From: Acidobacteriota bacterium
GTDB taxonomy: Bacteria; Acidobacteriota; Thermoanaerobaculia; Gp7-AA8
DNA length: 39,257 nucleotides
Assembly: GCA_019242175.1 (NCBI GenBank)
Contig: JAFAVZ010000214.1
Location: 1 to 39,257, forward strand
Direction: 5' to 3'
The position numbers were made by a program, and so were the translations under genes. Shown here in pieces: positions 29,939 to 39,255 of this stretch. Numbering within the stretch: the first letter of the stretch is position 1; each line of letters opens with the position of its first letter. The notes beneath the pieces are model-generated. The model ran no database searches. It was not told the DNA's origin and saw nothing but the letters and a program-made list of their open reading frames with translations.

Positions 29939-31993
29939 ATGCTACCGGTCGACCGGCACATCCCCGAAATCCTGGCCACGGTGCGCGAGCGCCGCGCGGC
30001 GGTGATCGTGGCGCCGCCCGGCTCCGGCAAAACCACCCGCATCCCGCCCGCCCTCGCACCCCTGGGCAAGACCATCCTGCTCCAGCCGCGACGCGTCGCC
30101 GCCCGCGCGCTCACGCGTCGCATCGCCAGCGAACAGCGTTGGACCATCGGCGAGGAGATCGGCTGGCAGATCCGTTTCGAGCGCCGGTTCTCCGACCGCA
30201 CGCAGCTCCTCGTCGCGACGGAAGGCATTCTCACCGCGCGCCTCCAATCGGATCCGCTGCTGAGCGACTTCCAGGTCGTCATCCTCGACGAGTTCCACGA
30301 GCGGAGCATCCACGCCGACGTCGCGCTCGCGCTCGTGAAGCAGGCGGCCGAGGCTCGGGACGATCTCGCGATCGTGGTGATGTCGGCGACGATGGACGCC
30401 ACCACGGTCTCCCGTTTTCTCGGTGACGCGCCGATCATCAACATCGAGGCGAAGCGCTTTCCGATCGACGTTCGCTATCGCGCCGGCGCGAGCATCGGCG
30501 CCGCGGTGCGCGAGACGTTGCAGGATGCGAAGGGCGACGTGCTCGCGTTCCTTCCCGGAGCGCGCGAGATCGAACGCGCGGCCGCGGAGCTGGCGGGCAT
30601 CGACGCGCTCGTGTTGCCGCTCCACGGCTCGCTCGAAGTCGACGCGCAGGAACGTGCGCTCGCGCCGGCCTCGCGGCGCAAAGTCATCCTCTCGACGAAC
30701 GTCGCCGAGACGTCGCTCACCGTGGAAGGCGTCACCGACGTCGTCGACGCCGGCCTGCACAAAGTCCTGCGCTTCGATGCCGAGACCGCCGTCGATCACC
30801 TCGTGCTGGAAAAGATCTCGCTCGACTCCGCGGAGCAGCGGGCCGGACGCGCAGGCCGCACGGCGCCGGGTCGCGCGACGCGCCTGTGGGATCCGCGCGA
30901 CATCCTGCGCGAGCATCGCGAGCCGGAAGTGCGCCGCATCGACCTGACGTCGACCGTGCTCGACATCCTCTCCTGGGGCGGCGATCCGCGCACGTTCGAA
31001 TGGTTCGAGAAGCCCGATCCATCGCGCATCGAAGCCGCCCTCGACCTCCTCCGCCTCCTCGGCGACACCAAAAACCTCCGCCGCTTTCCGCTGCATCCTC
31101 GGCTCGCGCGTCTCGTCCTCGCCGCACACGGCGCGCGCGACGCGATCGCGCTGGCCGTCGAGCTCTCCGGCGGCGCGCCGAACGAGATCCGCGAGCTCGC
31201 GAACATCGCCCGCCGCATCCTCGGCGACGCCTACCGCGAAGCGATCGACGACGAGACGTTCCGCCGTGCGGTGCTCGCCGGCTATCCGGATCGCGTCGCG
31301 ATGCGCCGCGGCACCGGTTTCACGCTTGCGACGGGGACTGGCGCGCAACTCGCGCGCGGCGTCGCCGATCCGGGCGGCGATTTCCTCGTCGCCCTCGACG
31401 TCACCGGCGACCAGATCCGGCGTGTGATCAAGATCGATCGCGACTGGATCGCGCCGACGCACCGCGACGTGGTCCATGCGATCGACGGCAACCGCGTCCG
31501 CGCCACCGAACGCGTCTGGCACCAGAAGCTGCTGCTCCGCGAGCAACAGGTGCCTGCCGATCCGGAGGAAGCGAAGCGCCTGCTCGCCGCGAACGCGAAG
31601 CCCGATCCGGTGCTCGCCGCGCGCCTCGCGTTCGCCGGCCTTTCCTCCGTCGACAAACGCCTCGACCAGATCGCCCCGACGTCGATCAAGTTGCCGAGCG
31701 GACGCAGCGCCAACCTCGAATACCGCGAAGACGGCAGCGTCGTCGCCTCGGCCAAACTGCAGGAGCTCTTCGGCCTCGCCGAAACCCCGCGCCTCGGCCC
31801 GAAACAGACGCCGATCACGTTTCAACTGCTCGCACCAAACGGCCGCCCCGTGCAGGTGACGCGCGACCTGCGCAGCTTCTGGAACAACACGTACCCCGAG
31901 GTACGGAAGGAGCTCCGCGGGCGATACCCGCGGCATCCCTGGCCGGACGATCCGTGGACCGCAGAAGCGACGCACCGCACGAAGAGGCGGTGA
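29939..31993 (+). CDS. hrpB: ATP-dependent DEAH helicase HrpB (compact)
   Basis: APPGSGKTT, QPRRVAAR, DEFHER, MSAT, TNVAETSLT, QRAGRAGR, and the HrpB C-terminal LLAPNGRPVQVTRDL..FW..YPEVRKELRGRYPRHPWP. 684 aa. Confidence 0.93.
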   Translation: MLPVDRHIPEILATVRERRAAVIVAPPGSGKTTRIPPALAPLGKTILLQPRRVAARALTRRIASEQRWTIGEEIGWQIRFERRFSDRTQLLVATEGILTARLQSDPLLSDFQVVILDEFHERSIHADVALALVKQAAEARDDLAIVVMSATMDATTVSRFLGDAPIINIEAKRFPIDVRYRAGASIGAAVRETLQDAKGDVLAFLPGAREIERAAAELAGIDALVLPLHGSLEVDAQERALAPASRRKVILSTNVAETSLTVEGVTDVVDAGLHKVLRFDAETAVDHLVLEKISLDSAEQRAGRAGRTAPGRATRLWDPRDILREHREPEVRRIDLTSTVLDILSWGGDPRTFEWFEKPDPSRIEAALDLLRLLGDTKNLRRFPLHPRLARLVLAAHGARDAIALAVELSGGAPNEIRELANIARRILGDAYREAIDDETFRRAVLAGYPDRVAMRRGTGFTLATGTGAQLARGVADPGGDFLVALDVTGDQIRRVIKIDRDWIAPTHRDVVHAIDGNRVRATERVWHQKLLLREQQVPADPEEAKRLLAANAKPDPVLAARLAFAGLSSVDKRLDQIAPTSIKLPSGRSANLEYREDGSVVASAKLQELFGLAETPRLGPKQTPITFQLLAPNGRPVQVTRDLRSFWNNTYPEVRKELRGRYPRHPWPDDPWTAEATHRTKRR

Positions 31994-31996
31994 GCC

Positions 31997-32080
31997 TGTC
32001 ATCCTGAGCCGCGAAGACGGCGAAGGATCTCCCGGTTCTTGCCAGGAGATCCTTCGTCCTCTTCGGGACTCAGGATGACA
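31997..32080. repeat. Intergenic TGTC-family doublet
   Basis: TGTCATCCTGAGCCGCGAAGACGGCGAAGGATCTCC...GGAGATCCTTCG...CTCAGGATGACA, 3 nt after the hrpB stop. Confidence 0.9.
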
Positions 32081-32099
32081 TCTGTATCCTTCCCCTCGC

Positions 32100-34094
32100 A
32101 TGCAATCGCTCGTGCTCGCCCTTGCCCTCACGCTGCCCATCGACAAAGTCCAGACGGAGCTCGTCGCGAAGTACGGCGAGGCCCAGCGGCCGCGCATCGA
32201 GCGCGGCGTGCGCCAGGTCGCCGATTTCTGGCGCGCGGAAGACGGCGACGCCGCAGCGTTCGAGAGCTTCGCAACGACGAACTATCAACCGGACGGCGAG
32301 CCGCTCGACGCGCTCTTCAACCGTCTGCAGTTCACGTTGGAGTCGGTCGATGGCCACATGGCGGAGGTCTCGCGCGACTGGAAATGGCAGTCCGACCTCG
32401 ACGTCGGCACCGTCTATCCATTCGACGAGATCCAGGCGGGCTACGAGCCGTCCGCGCATCTCAATGAAGACCTCTTCGAGAACAAGCTCGCGCAAGTCGT
32501 GCTGCTGAACTTCCCGCTCACGACGCTCGAGCAGCGATTGAACGAAGGCGACAAGTGGTCGCGTCGCCAGTGGGCGGAGGCGAAGCTCGCCTTGCGTTTC
32601 TCGCGGCGCGTGCCGTCGCAGGTCAACGTCGAAGCGGGACGCGCGATCGCCACCGCCTCGCAATTCGTCGCCACGTACAACATCTGGATGCACCACGTCC
32701 TCGGGCCCAAAGGCGAGCGCCTCTTCCCGAAAGAGATGCGCCTCCTCGAGCACTGGAACCTGCGCGACGAGATCAAAGCCGACTACAGCGACGCGCAGAA
32801 CGGCATCGCCAAGCAGCGCATCCTCAAACGGGTCATGGAGCGCATCGTCGACGGCACCATTCCCTCGATTGTGGTCGACAATCCACGCGTCGACTGGAAC
32901 CCGTTCACGAATGAGGTGAAGCCGTCGACGATCGTCGATTACGACGCGGCGTCGCTCAGCAAACCGTCCGACGCCGGCGACGCGCCGCGTTACGCGATGA
33001 TCCTGTCGACGTTCCGCGCCGCGAAGCTCGCCGATCCGTATTCGCCAACCGCGCCGACGCACATCCAGCGCAAGTTCGATGAGGACCGCCAGCTGCCCGA
33101 GGCTCGGGTGAAGAAGATGCTGGAGGACATCGTTTCGTCGCCACTCGTCCCCCGAGTCGCGAAGCTCATCGAACAGCGCCTCGGCCGCAAGCTCGAGCCT
33201 TTCGACCTCTGGTACAACGGCTTCCGTCCGCGCGCGCAATACACCGAGGCGCAGCTCGACGAGATCGTGCGCAAACGCTATCCGACGGCTGACGCATACG
33301 CCAAGGACATGCCGCACTTGTTGGAGCAACTCGGCTTCACAAAGGAGCGCGCGCAATACCTGTCCGCGCGCATTGCGGTCGATCCCGCGCGCGGGTCGGG
33401 CCACGCACTGCCGGCATCGCATCGTGGAGACAAACCGCGTTTGCGCACGCGCGTCGGCAAGAACGGGATGGACTACAAAGGCTTCAACATCGCCGTGCAC
33501 GAGATGGGGCACACGGTCGAGCAGGTGTTCTCGCTCAATGACATCGATTACTACTCGCTGTCGAGCGTGCCGAACAACGCTTTCACCGAGGCGCTGGCGT
33601 TCGTATTCCAGGCGAAGGATCTGGAGCTGCTCGGATTGGATAAGCCGGCCGACGCGCGCAAGATGCAAACGCTGAACGATTTCTGGGGGACTTATGAAAT
33701 CGCTGGCGTGGCGCTCGTCGAGATGCAGATGTGGCATTGGATGTACGACCATCCGAATGCCACGCCGGCGCAATTGCGCGATGCGACCGTCGCGATCTCC
33801 AAGGACATCTGGAACCGCTATTACGCGCCGATCTTCGGCGAACGCGACGTCACGCTCCTCGGCGTCTACGCGCACATGGTCAATTACATGATGTATCTGC
33901 CTGATTACCCGATCGGCCACATGATCGCGTTCCAGATCGAGGAGCAGATGGAGAAGGCGGGCAACATCGGCGCGGAGTTCGAACGGATGTCGAAGTTCGG
34001 CAGCGTGACGCCCGATCTCTGGATGCGTCACGCTGCCGGTGCGCCCGTCGGTCCCGAAGCGCTGTTGGCGGCTACGGAGCGGGCACTGCGCTAG
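32100..34094 (+). CDS. Putative gluzincin (M2/M3/M32-like) metallopeptidase, probably exported
   Basis: 664 aa. HEMGH followed by NNAFTEAL (HExxH...E) and a later HMVNY..Y. Short hydrophobic N-terminus. Confidence 0.65.
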   Translation: MQSLVLALALTLPIDKVQTELVAKYGEAQRPRIERGVRQVADFWRAEDGDAAAFESFATTNYQPDGEPLDALFNRLQFTLESVDGHMAEVSRDWKWQSDLDVGTVYPFDEIQAGYEPSAHLNEDLFENKLAQVVLLNFPLTTLEQRLNEGDKWSRRQWAEAKLALRFSRRVPSQVNVEAGRAIATASQFVATYNIWMHHVLGPKGERLFPKEMRLLEHWNLRDEIKADYSDAQNGIAKQRILKRVMERIVDGTIPSIVVDNPRVDWNPFTNEVKPSTIVDYDAASLSKPSDAGDAPRYAMILSTFRAAKLADPYSPTAPTHIQRKFDEDRQLPEARVKKMLEDIVSSPLVPRVAKLIEQRLGRKLEPFDLWYNGFRPRAQYTEAQLDEIVRKRYPTADAYAKDMPHLLEQLGFTKERAQYLSARIAVDPARGSGHALPASHRGDKPRLRTRVGKNGMDYKGFNIAVHEMGHTVEQVFSLNDIDYYSLSSVPNNAFTEALAFVFQAKDLELLGLDKPADARKMQTLNDFWGTYEIAGVALVEMQMWHWMYDHPNATPAQLRDATVAISKDIWNRYYAPIFGERDVTLLGVYAHMVNYMMYLPDYPIGHMIAFQIEEQMEKAGNIGAEFERMSKFGSVTPDLWMRHAAGAPVGPEALLAATERALR

Positions 34095-34097
34095 TCG

Positions 34098-34712
34098 TTA
34101 CTTCTTCGCGCCCGTTTCGAGGTTGATCTCGATGTGCACGTCGTCGCCGACGAGAACGCCGCCGTTGTCCAGCGCCTTGTTCCAGTTGACGCCGTAGTCC
34201 TTGCGGTTGACGGTCGTTTCCAGCGCGAAGCCGGCCTTGGTGTTGCCCCACGGATCCTTCTGCGTGCCGAGGAACTGGACCGGGAGCGTGACGCGCTTCG
34301 TGACGCCGTGGATGGTGAGGTCGCCGGTGACGGAGTAGAGATCCTTCGTCTTCGTCGGTGCGATCGAAGTGCTCTTGAACGTGATGTCCGGGTACTTGTC
34401 GGCGTCGAAAAAGTCGGCGGTGCGAAGGTGCTTGTCGCGGTCGGGCGTGTTCGTGTTGATGCTGGCCGTCTTGATGGTGAACTCCACCGAAGACGCGGCC
34501 GGCTTGGCCGGATCGGCGACGATCGTGCCGCTGAAGTCGTCGAAGCGGCCGCGCACCTTCGACATCATGTGCCGCACGTCGAACGTGACCTCGGAGTGGT
34601 TTTTGTCGACGACCCACGTCTGCGGCGGGGCGGCGGCCTGTTGTTGCGCGGCGAGCGGCAGCGCGGCGGTGACGGCGAGAGCGGCGGTGAGGATGAATTT
34701 ACGCATAGTCAT
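34098..34712 (-). CDS. yceI: YceI family periplasmic polyisoprenoid-binding protein
   Basis: Signal peptide, WVVDKNHSEVTF, RDKHLRTADFFD, GDLTIHGVTK and DPWG. ATGA overlap with marR (alternative start 34706). Confidence 0.92.
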   Translation of the reverse strand: MTMRKFILTAALAVTAALPLAAQQQAAAPPQTWVVDKNHSEVTFDVRHMMSKVRGRFDDFSGTIVADPAKPAASSVEFTIKTASINTNTPDRDKHLRTADFFDADKYPDITFKSTSIAPTKTKDLYSVTGDLTIHGVTKRVTLPVQFLGTQKDPWGNTKAGFALETTVNRKDYGVNWNKALDNGGVLVGDDVHIEINLETGAKK

Positions 34713-35197
34713 TGACCTCCATCGAAAAACGAATGCATTCCATCGCGCAGCCGGTCGAGGATGGCGACCAGCTGCGCAAGCTCTTTTTTCGTGACTCCGG
34801 ACAGGGCGTCGGTTTGGGCCGCGGCGGCCGGCGCGTCAATGCTCGCCAGGAGCGAGAGCCCATCCGGCGTAATGCGGCAGAAGACCTGACGGCGGTCGGT
34901 CGGGCAACGCTCCCGGCCGACGAGGGCCTTCGCCTCGAGGCGATCGATCAGGCGCGTGATGCCCGGCGTCTGCTCGATCATCCGTTCCGCGATCTCCAAC
35001 GTCGGCAGACCATCGGCTCCCGCGCCGCGCAGAATGCGCAGCACGTTATATTGCTGGACGGTGATGCCCAGCGGCTCTACGAGATCGCTCATCACTCGCC
35101 GGACGAGATCGGCCGTGCGCAGAAGCGCAACCGCTGCTTCCGCGGTGCGGGAGGGGAACGGACGCTGCTGTTTCAGCTCCTTCTGGATGCTGGCCAC
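34709..35197 (-). CDS. MarR family transcriptional regulator
   Basis: GITVQQYNVLRIL, ITRLIDRLE..LV.R and DRR..ITPDG winged-helix motifs. GTG start, 162 aa. Confidence 0.92.
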   Translation of the reverse strand: MASIQKELKQQRPFPSRTAEAAVALLRTADLVRRVMSDLVEPLGITVQQYNVLRILRGAGADGLPTLEIAERMIEQTPGITRLIDRLEAKALVGRERCPTDRRQVFCRITPDGLSLLASIDAPAAAAQTDALSGVTKKELAQLVAILDRLRDGMHSFFDGGQ

Positions 35198-35203
35198 GTC
35201 GAT

Positions 35204-35254
35204 ACATTACAGGACAATAGTTGATGTGTCAAGTAATCGACGAGCCATTACAAT
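35204..35254. promoter_or_regulatory. Divergent sigma70 promoters with overlapping MarR-type palindromic operator
   Basis: Minus strand TTGACA (35232-35227), 17 nt, TAATGT (35209-35204). Plus strand GTGTCA (35226-35231), 17 nt, TACAAT (35249-35254). Palindrome TAgTTGA-tgtg-TCAAgTA at 35218-35235 covers both -35 boxes. Confidence 0.7.
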
Positions 35255-35262
35255 TGCCACAC

Positions 35263-36012
35263 ATGTTTCCCCACGAATTTGCGGATCTCCTGAACGCGCG
35301 CGGCCGTCGCCTGATCGACTCCCCTCAGCGTTTCGACGTCTTCCACAAGCGCGGCGAGACGCCGGTGATCGTGTTGTCGGATCTCATTGACGATGCGACC
35401 GCAAAGCGCTGCATCCAGACGCTCGACCAGGCCTTCTATCCGCTGCTGCGCCGCATGCACACGCCCATCCCGCGCGAGGCGATCACCGGGATGAAGAAGA
35501 ATTACAGCGACACGCTGCGCAAGACCGTGCGCGTGAAGACGGCGACGCTGAATTCGCGGAAATCGCAGGCGCTCGACGCCGGCCGATCCACGGGCCTCAG
35601 CCAGATGATGGAGTCGCAGAGCTTCCTCCGCTTCGCCGAGTGCATCGTCGGCGCGCCGCTGAACGACGCGCATTGGGGCCGCCAGGTGATCTGCTACGAA
35701 CGCGGCGACTACAGCGGCCCGCACAACGATCACCACCCCGAGTCGCCCGTGGCCCGCAACGGCTTTGTGGACCTGCACATCATGTTCTCGAACGACGCCG
35801 TGCAATCGCAGTGGCTCGTCTACGAGGAACGCGGCTTCCTGTCCCAATCGCACGAGGTAGGAACGACGTCCGGCATCGCCGTCTATCGCCTCCCCTTCTG
35901 GCATTACACGACGCCGCTCGTCGCACGGCCGGGGCGGGAGAAGGATGCGAGACGGTGGCTGCTGCTCGGGTCGTTCGACTTCGACCCGCCGTTGAAGAAG
36001 CTGCAGTACTAG
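35263..36012 (+). CDS. 2OG-Fe(II) oxygenase-like protein
   Basis: Start MFPHEF (249 aa). CY..GDYSGPHND (HxD), distal WHYTTP and RWLL motifs fit the double-stranded beta-helix facial triad. Confidence 0.6.
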   Translation: MFPHEFADLLNARGRRLIDSPQRFDVFHKRGETPVIVLSDLIDDATAKRCIQTLDQAFYPLLRRMHTPIPREAITGMKKNYSDTLRKTVRVKTATLNSRKSQALDAGRSTGLSQMMESQSFLRFAECIVGAPLNDAHWGRQVICYERGDYSGPHNDHHPESPVARNGFVDLHIMFSNDAVQSQWLVYEERGFLSQSHEVGTTSGIAVYRLPFWHYTTPLVARPGREKDARRWLLLGSFDFDPPLKKLQY

Positions 36013-38210
36013 CGATCCTGAACGTGGGGACCGGCTTCAGCCGGTCCCGGAACGGGCTGAAGCCCGTTCCCACGTCGTAGCAAGTCCGCCACGATCCGCC
36101 GCAGCTCCTCCGGTTCCACCGGTTTTGCCACGTACGCCGTGAACCCGGCGCGCATCGCGGCCTCGCGGTCCTCGGGGCGGGCGTATGCGGTCAGCGCGAC
36201 GACGGGCATCGTCGAGCCGCGGGCGCGCAGGCGGCGTAGCAGTTCGTAGCCATCCATGTCGGGCATGCCGAGGTCGGTGATCACGGCGTCGGGCGTCCAG
36301 TCTTCGAGCGTCGCCAGCGCCTCGGTCGCCGAGGAGAGGATGCGGATGTCGGCGCCGGCCATGCGGAACACGGCGAGCGCGTAAGTCCGCACGGACTCCT
36401 CGTCGTCGACGGCGAGGATGCGCGCGCCGCGAAGGCTGCCGCCGTCAAACTCGGGCTGCGTCTCGTCCTTCGGCCGCACCTCGGGCGAAAGCAGCGGGAG
36501 GCGAACGCGGAACGTCGCGCCGCGGCCCTCCCCTTCGCTCGCCGCTTCCACGCGGCCGCCGTGCATGTCGACGAGATGGCGCACGATCGCCAGGCCGAGT
36601 CCGAGGCCGGTGTAGGCACGGGTCATCGAGCTGTCCGCCTGGCGGAAACGCTCGAACACGTGCGGCAGGAACGCGGGCTCGATGCCCTGGCCGGTATCGG
36701 CCACCTCGAGCAACGCGAACGGACCTTCGGAGCGCATGGTCACGCGCACGCGGCCGTCGCGCGGCGTGAACTTCACCGCGTTCGAGAGCAGATTCCAGAG
36801 CACCTGCTGGATGCGATGCGCGTCGCCGTTCACGATCAGCGGCTCGGTGGAGAGCGCGCGGTCGACGCGCACGCCTTTGGCCTCCGCGACCGGCGTCACC
36901 GAGTTGATCGCCGCCGCGACGACCGGCCCGAGCTCCATTGGCCGCGGCTCGAGGTGCATCTTGCCGGCGGTGATGCGCGAGACGTCGAGCAGATCGTCGA
37001 TCAGCTGGGCCTGGGCGCGGGAGCTCTTCTGGATCGCATCGATCGCCGTCTTGTTCGTTTCCTCGTCGAGATCTTCTTCCCCGAGTAGACGGGCCCACCC
37101 GATGATCGCCGTCATCGGCGTGCGCAGCTCGTGCGACAGCGTCGCCAGGAACTCGTCCTTCGCCTGATTCGCGCGCTGCATCTCCGCCTCCGACCGGCGC
37201 AGCCGTTCCGCCGTCGCTTCGGCATCCGCGCGGCCGCGCGTCTGGAGCCGGACGAGCGTGAAGATGAGGAACGTGATGATCAGGCCGCCGGCGAGCGTTG
37301 CGAACGCGAGCACCGAGGCCGTGTTCGCGCCGTCGCGACGAAAGACGAGCGTCCAGTGCCGTCCGGCGACGACGACGTCGAGCTGGCGGCGGAAGTGGCC
37401 GTCCGTCGCCTCTCCGGTGCGGAAGAGCAGATGCTGCGGATCGAGCTGCGTGCCGTCGTAGATCTCGATCGCGTCGATGTCGCGTCGATGCTGCGCGTCG
37501 ATGAGATCCGACAGCAGCTCCTCGGAGCGGAACGGCGCGTAAACCCAGCCATAGAGCGTCTCCCGCCGTTTCTCCGGCTCCTCCGGGATCTCGCGCGTCG
37601 TGTAGATCGGCGTGAAGATCGCGAAACCGACGCGCTGCGGCTCGCCGGCCGGACGCAGGAGAAGGAGGCGGCCCGTCGCGGTCGCCTGGCCCGAGTCGCG
37701 GGCACGGATCATCGCTCCACGCCGGGTAGGATCGGTCAACATGTCGAAGCCGAGGACCATGCGGTTGCGCATCTCCGCGGGCTCGAGGACGATCACCGCC
37801 GAATACTCATCGCGGTCGCTTTCGGGCCAGACACGGAAGTCCGGATAGCTCTCCGTGTGCATCGTGTTGACGACGTCGCTCAGCCGGTCCTTCGGGAAGC
37901 GGAGGATGAGACCGACGCCTTGCATGCCGGGAAAGTTCTTCGGCACGTCGAGATGGCGAACGTAGTCGCGGAACTCGTCCTGCGTCACGCTTTGCTCGGC
38001 GGCGAAGAGGCTGTTCGCGGCTTTGAGCGTGCTGATGTCCGTGAGGATGCGGCTCTGGATCGCATCGCGGGCCATCTGCGACGCGCTCTCGAAACGGGCG
38101 CGCACCGCCAGCTCCGCCATGCGCGAGACGTACACCGTCGCAATGCCCGTCAACAGCAGGAAGACGGCGAGCACGAGCCACGGGGCGAACCGGTCGGGAG
38201 AGCGGGACAT
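36009..38210 (-). CDS. CHASE-domain hybrid sensor histidine kinase (TM-CHASE-TM-HisKA-HATPase-REC)
   Basis: Start MSRSPDR at 38210 (733 aa). CHASE LGFDM..PTRR.AM, SHELRTP, NLLSNAVKFT, GLGLGL, and receiver VDD/TDLGMP/AKP. The last ~20 aa derive from a repeat. Confidence 0.92.
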   Translation of the reverse strand: MSRSPDRFAPWLVLAVFLLLTGIATVYVSRMAELAVRARFESASQMARDAIQSRILTDISTLKAANSLFAAEQSVTQDEFRDYVRHLDVPKNFPGMQGVGLILRFPKDRLSDVVNTMHTESYPDFRVWPESDRDEYSAVIVLEPAEMRNRMVLGFDMLTDPTRRGAMIRARDSGQATATGRLLLLRPAGEPQRVGFAIFTPIYTTREIPEEPEKRRETLYGWVYAPFRSEELLSDLIDAQHRRDIDAIEIYDGTQLDPQHLLFRTGEATDGHFRRQLDVVVAGRHWTLVFRRDGANTASVLAFATLAGGLIITFLIFTLVRLQTRGRADAEATAERLRRSEAEMQRANQAKDEFLATLSHELRTPMTAIIGWARLLGEEDLDEETNKTAIDAIQKSSRAQAQLIDDLLDVSRITAGKMHLEPRPMELGPVVAAAINSVTPVAEAKGVRVDRALSTEPLIVNGDAHRIQQVLWNLLSNAVKFTPRDGRVRVTMRSEGPFALLEVADTGQGIEPAFLPHVFERFRQADSSMTRAYTGLGLGLAIVRHLVDMHGGRVEAASEGEGRGATFRVRLPLLSPEVRPKDETQPEFDGGSLRGARILAVDDEESVRTYALAVFRMAGADIRILSSATEALATLEDWTPDAVITDLGMPDMDGYELLRRLRARGSTMPVVALTAYARPEDREAAMRAGFTAYVAKPVEPEELRRIVADLLRRGNGLQPVPGPAEAGPHVQDR
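36022..36075. repeat. GTGG-family REP doublet forming the C-terminus of the histidine kinase
   Basis: 54 bp ACGTGGGGACCGGCTTCAGCCGGTCCCGGAACGGGCTGAAGCCCGTTCCCACGT, encoding RGNGLQPVPGPAEAGPH. Confidence 0.9.
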
Positions 38211-38211
38211 G

Positions 38212-39255
38212 CTATGCAAGACGCGCAGCGTGGATCCCGGCGAGACGGCCGCTCGTCCAGGCCCACTGAAAGTTGTACCCGCCGATTTTCCCATCGACAT
38301 CGAGGATCTCGCCGCAGAGAAAAAGCCCGTCACACTTTCGCGACTGCATGGTAGAGACGTCGATCTCCGCCAACGGCACGCCGCCCGCCGTCACCTCCGC
38401 GAAGTCGAAACCGCGATCGCGAGTCACGGGGAGCCGGCGTTCCGTCATCTCTTGGACGAGTCGGCGGCGCTCGTCGCGGCTGATGCGACCGAGGGTTTTG
38501 TCGATGTTTGCGAAAACGTCGACGAGGCGGTCGGGCAGGCGGCGCTTGAGAAAGCCCGCCGCGGTCACGTGCGGATTGCGTTTCGCCGCGTCGAGGAGGG
38601 CAGCGGCGAGATCCACGTCCGGTAGAAAGTTTGCGAAGAGCGACGCCGGCTGATAGGCGATCCAGTGGCGGCTGATGTCGAGCACCGCGGGACCGCTGAT
38701 GCCGAAGTGCGTGAAGAGCATCGGCCCGCGCTCGCGATGGAGCACGCGGCCCGTTTCGGAACGGACGCTCAACTCCGCCTCGACGCTCGTGCCGGAAAGC
38801 GGCGGCGGATCGGCGAGGAGGAGCGGGACCAGAGCGGGGAAGAGATCCGTCACGGAGTGGCCCACGCCGCGGACGAGGGCGTAGCCGCTGCCGTCGCTGC
38901 CGGTTTTCGGGACGCTGCGCCCGCCCGTCGCGAGGATCACGCGCTTCGCCAACGCAAATGCGTCGTCGAGCGAGGTGATGCGCTGGCCGGTGCGGATCTC
39001 CACCTTGCCCGCGGCACGGAGCAGCGCATCGACGACCGTGCGCGCCTTGTCCGAGACGGGGAAGAGCTTGCCGCCTTCCTCCCGCTTCAGTCTCACGCCG
39101 AGCTCCTCGAAGAAAGCGGTCGTTGCCGGCACGTCGAACGTGCGCAACACCTTCGCGATCGCGTTGCGATTGCCGTTGAAGTCGTCGGGACGGACGACGT
39201 CGTGCGTGACGTTGCAACGGCCGCCGCCGGAGATGAGGATCTTCGCGCCGATGCG
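38212..39255 (-). CDS. HI0933/YhiN/BaiN family NAD(P)/FAD-dependent oxidoreductase (5'-truncated)
   Basis: KILISGGGRCNVT at the window edge, ATGGRS.P.TGSDG, FTHFGISGP, VTAGGV and GEILDVDG.IGGYNFQWAW.SG. Confidence 0.92.
   Translation of the reverse strand, partial: RIGAKILISGGGRCNVTHDVVRPDDFNGNRNAIAKVLRTFDVPATTAFFEELGVRLKREEGGKLFPVSDKARTVVDALLRAAGKVEIRTGQRITSLDDAFALAKRVILATGGRSVPKTGSDGSGYALVRGVGHSVTDLFPALVPLLLADPPPLSGTSVEAELSVRSETGRVLHRERGPMLFTHFGISGPAVLDISRHWIAYQPASLFANFLPDVDLAAALLDAAKRNPHVTAAGFLKRRLPDRLVDVFANIDKTLGRISRDERRRLVQEMTERRLPVTRDRGFDFAEVTAGGVPLAEIDVSTMQSRKCDGLFLCGEILDVDGKIGGYNFQWAWTSGRLAGIHAARLA

Noticed and set aside
29942-34031. Long minus-strand ORFs 29942-32197 and 32070-34031
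   Set aside because: Antisense shadows of hrpB and the HExxH gene.
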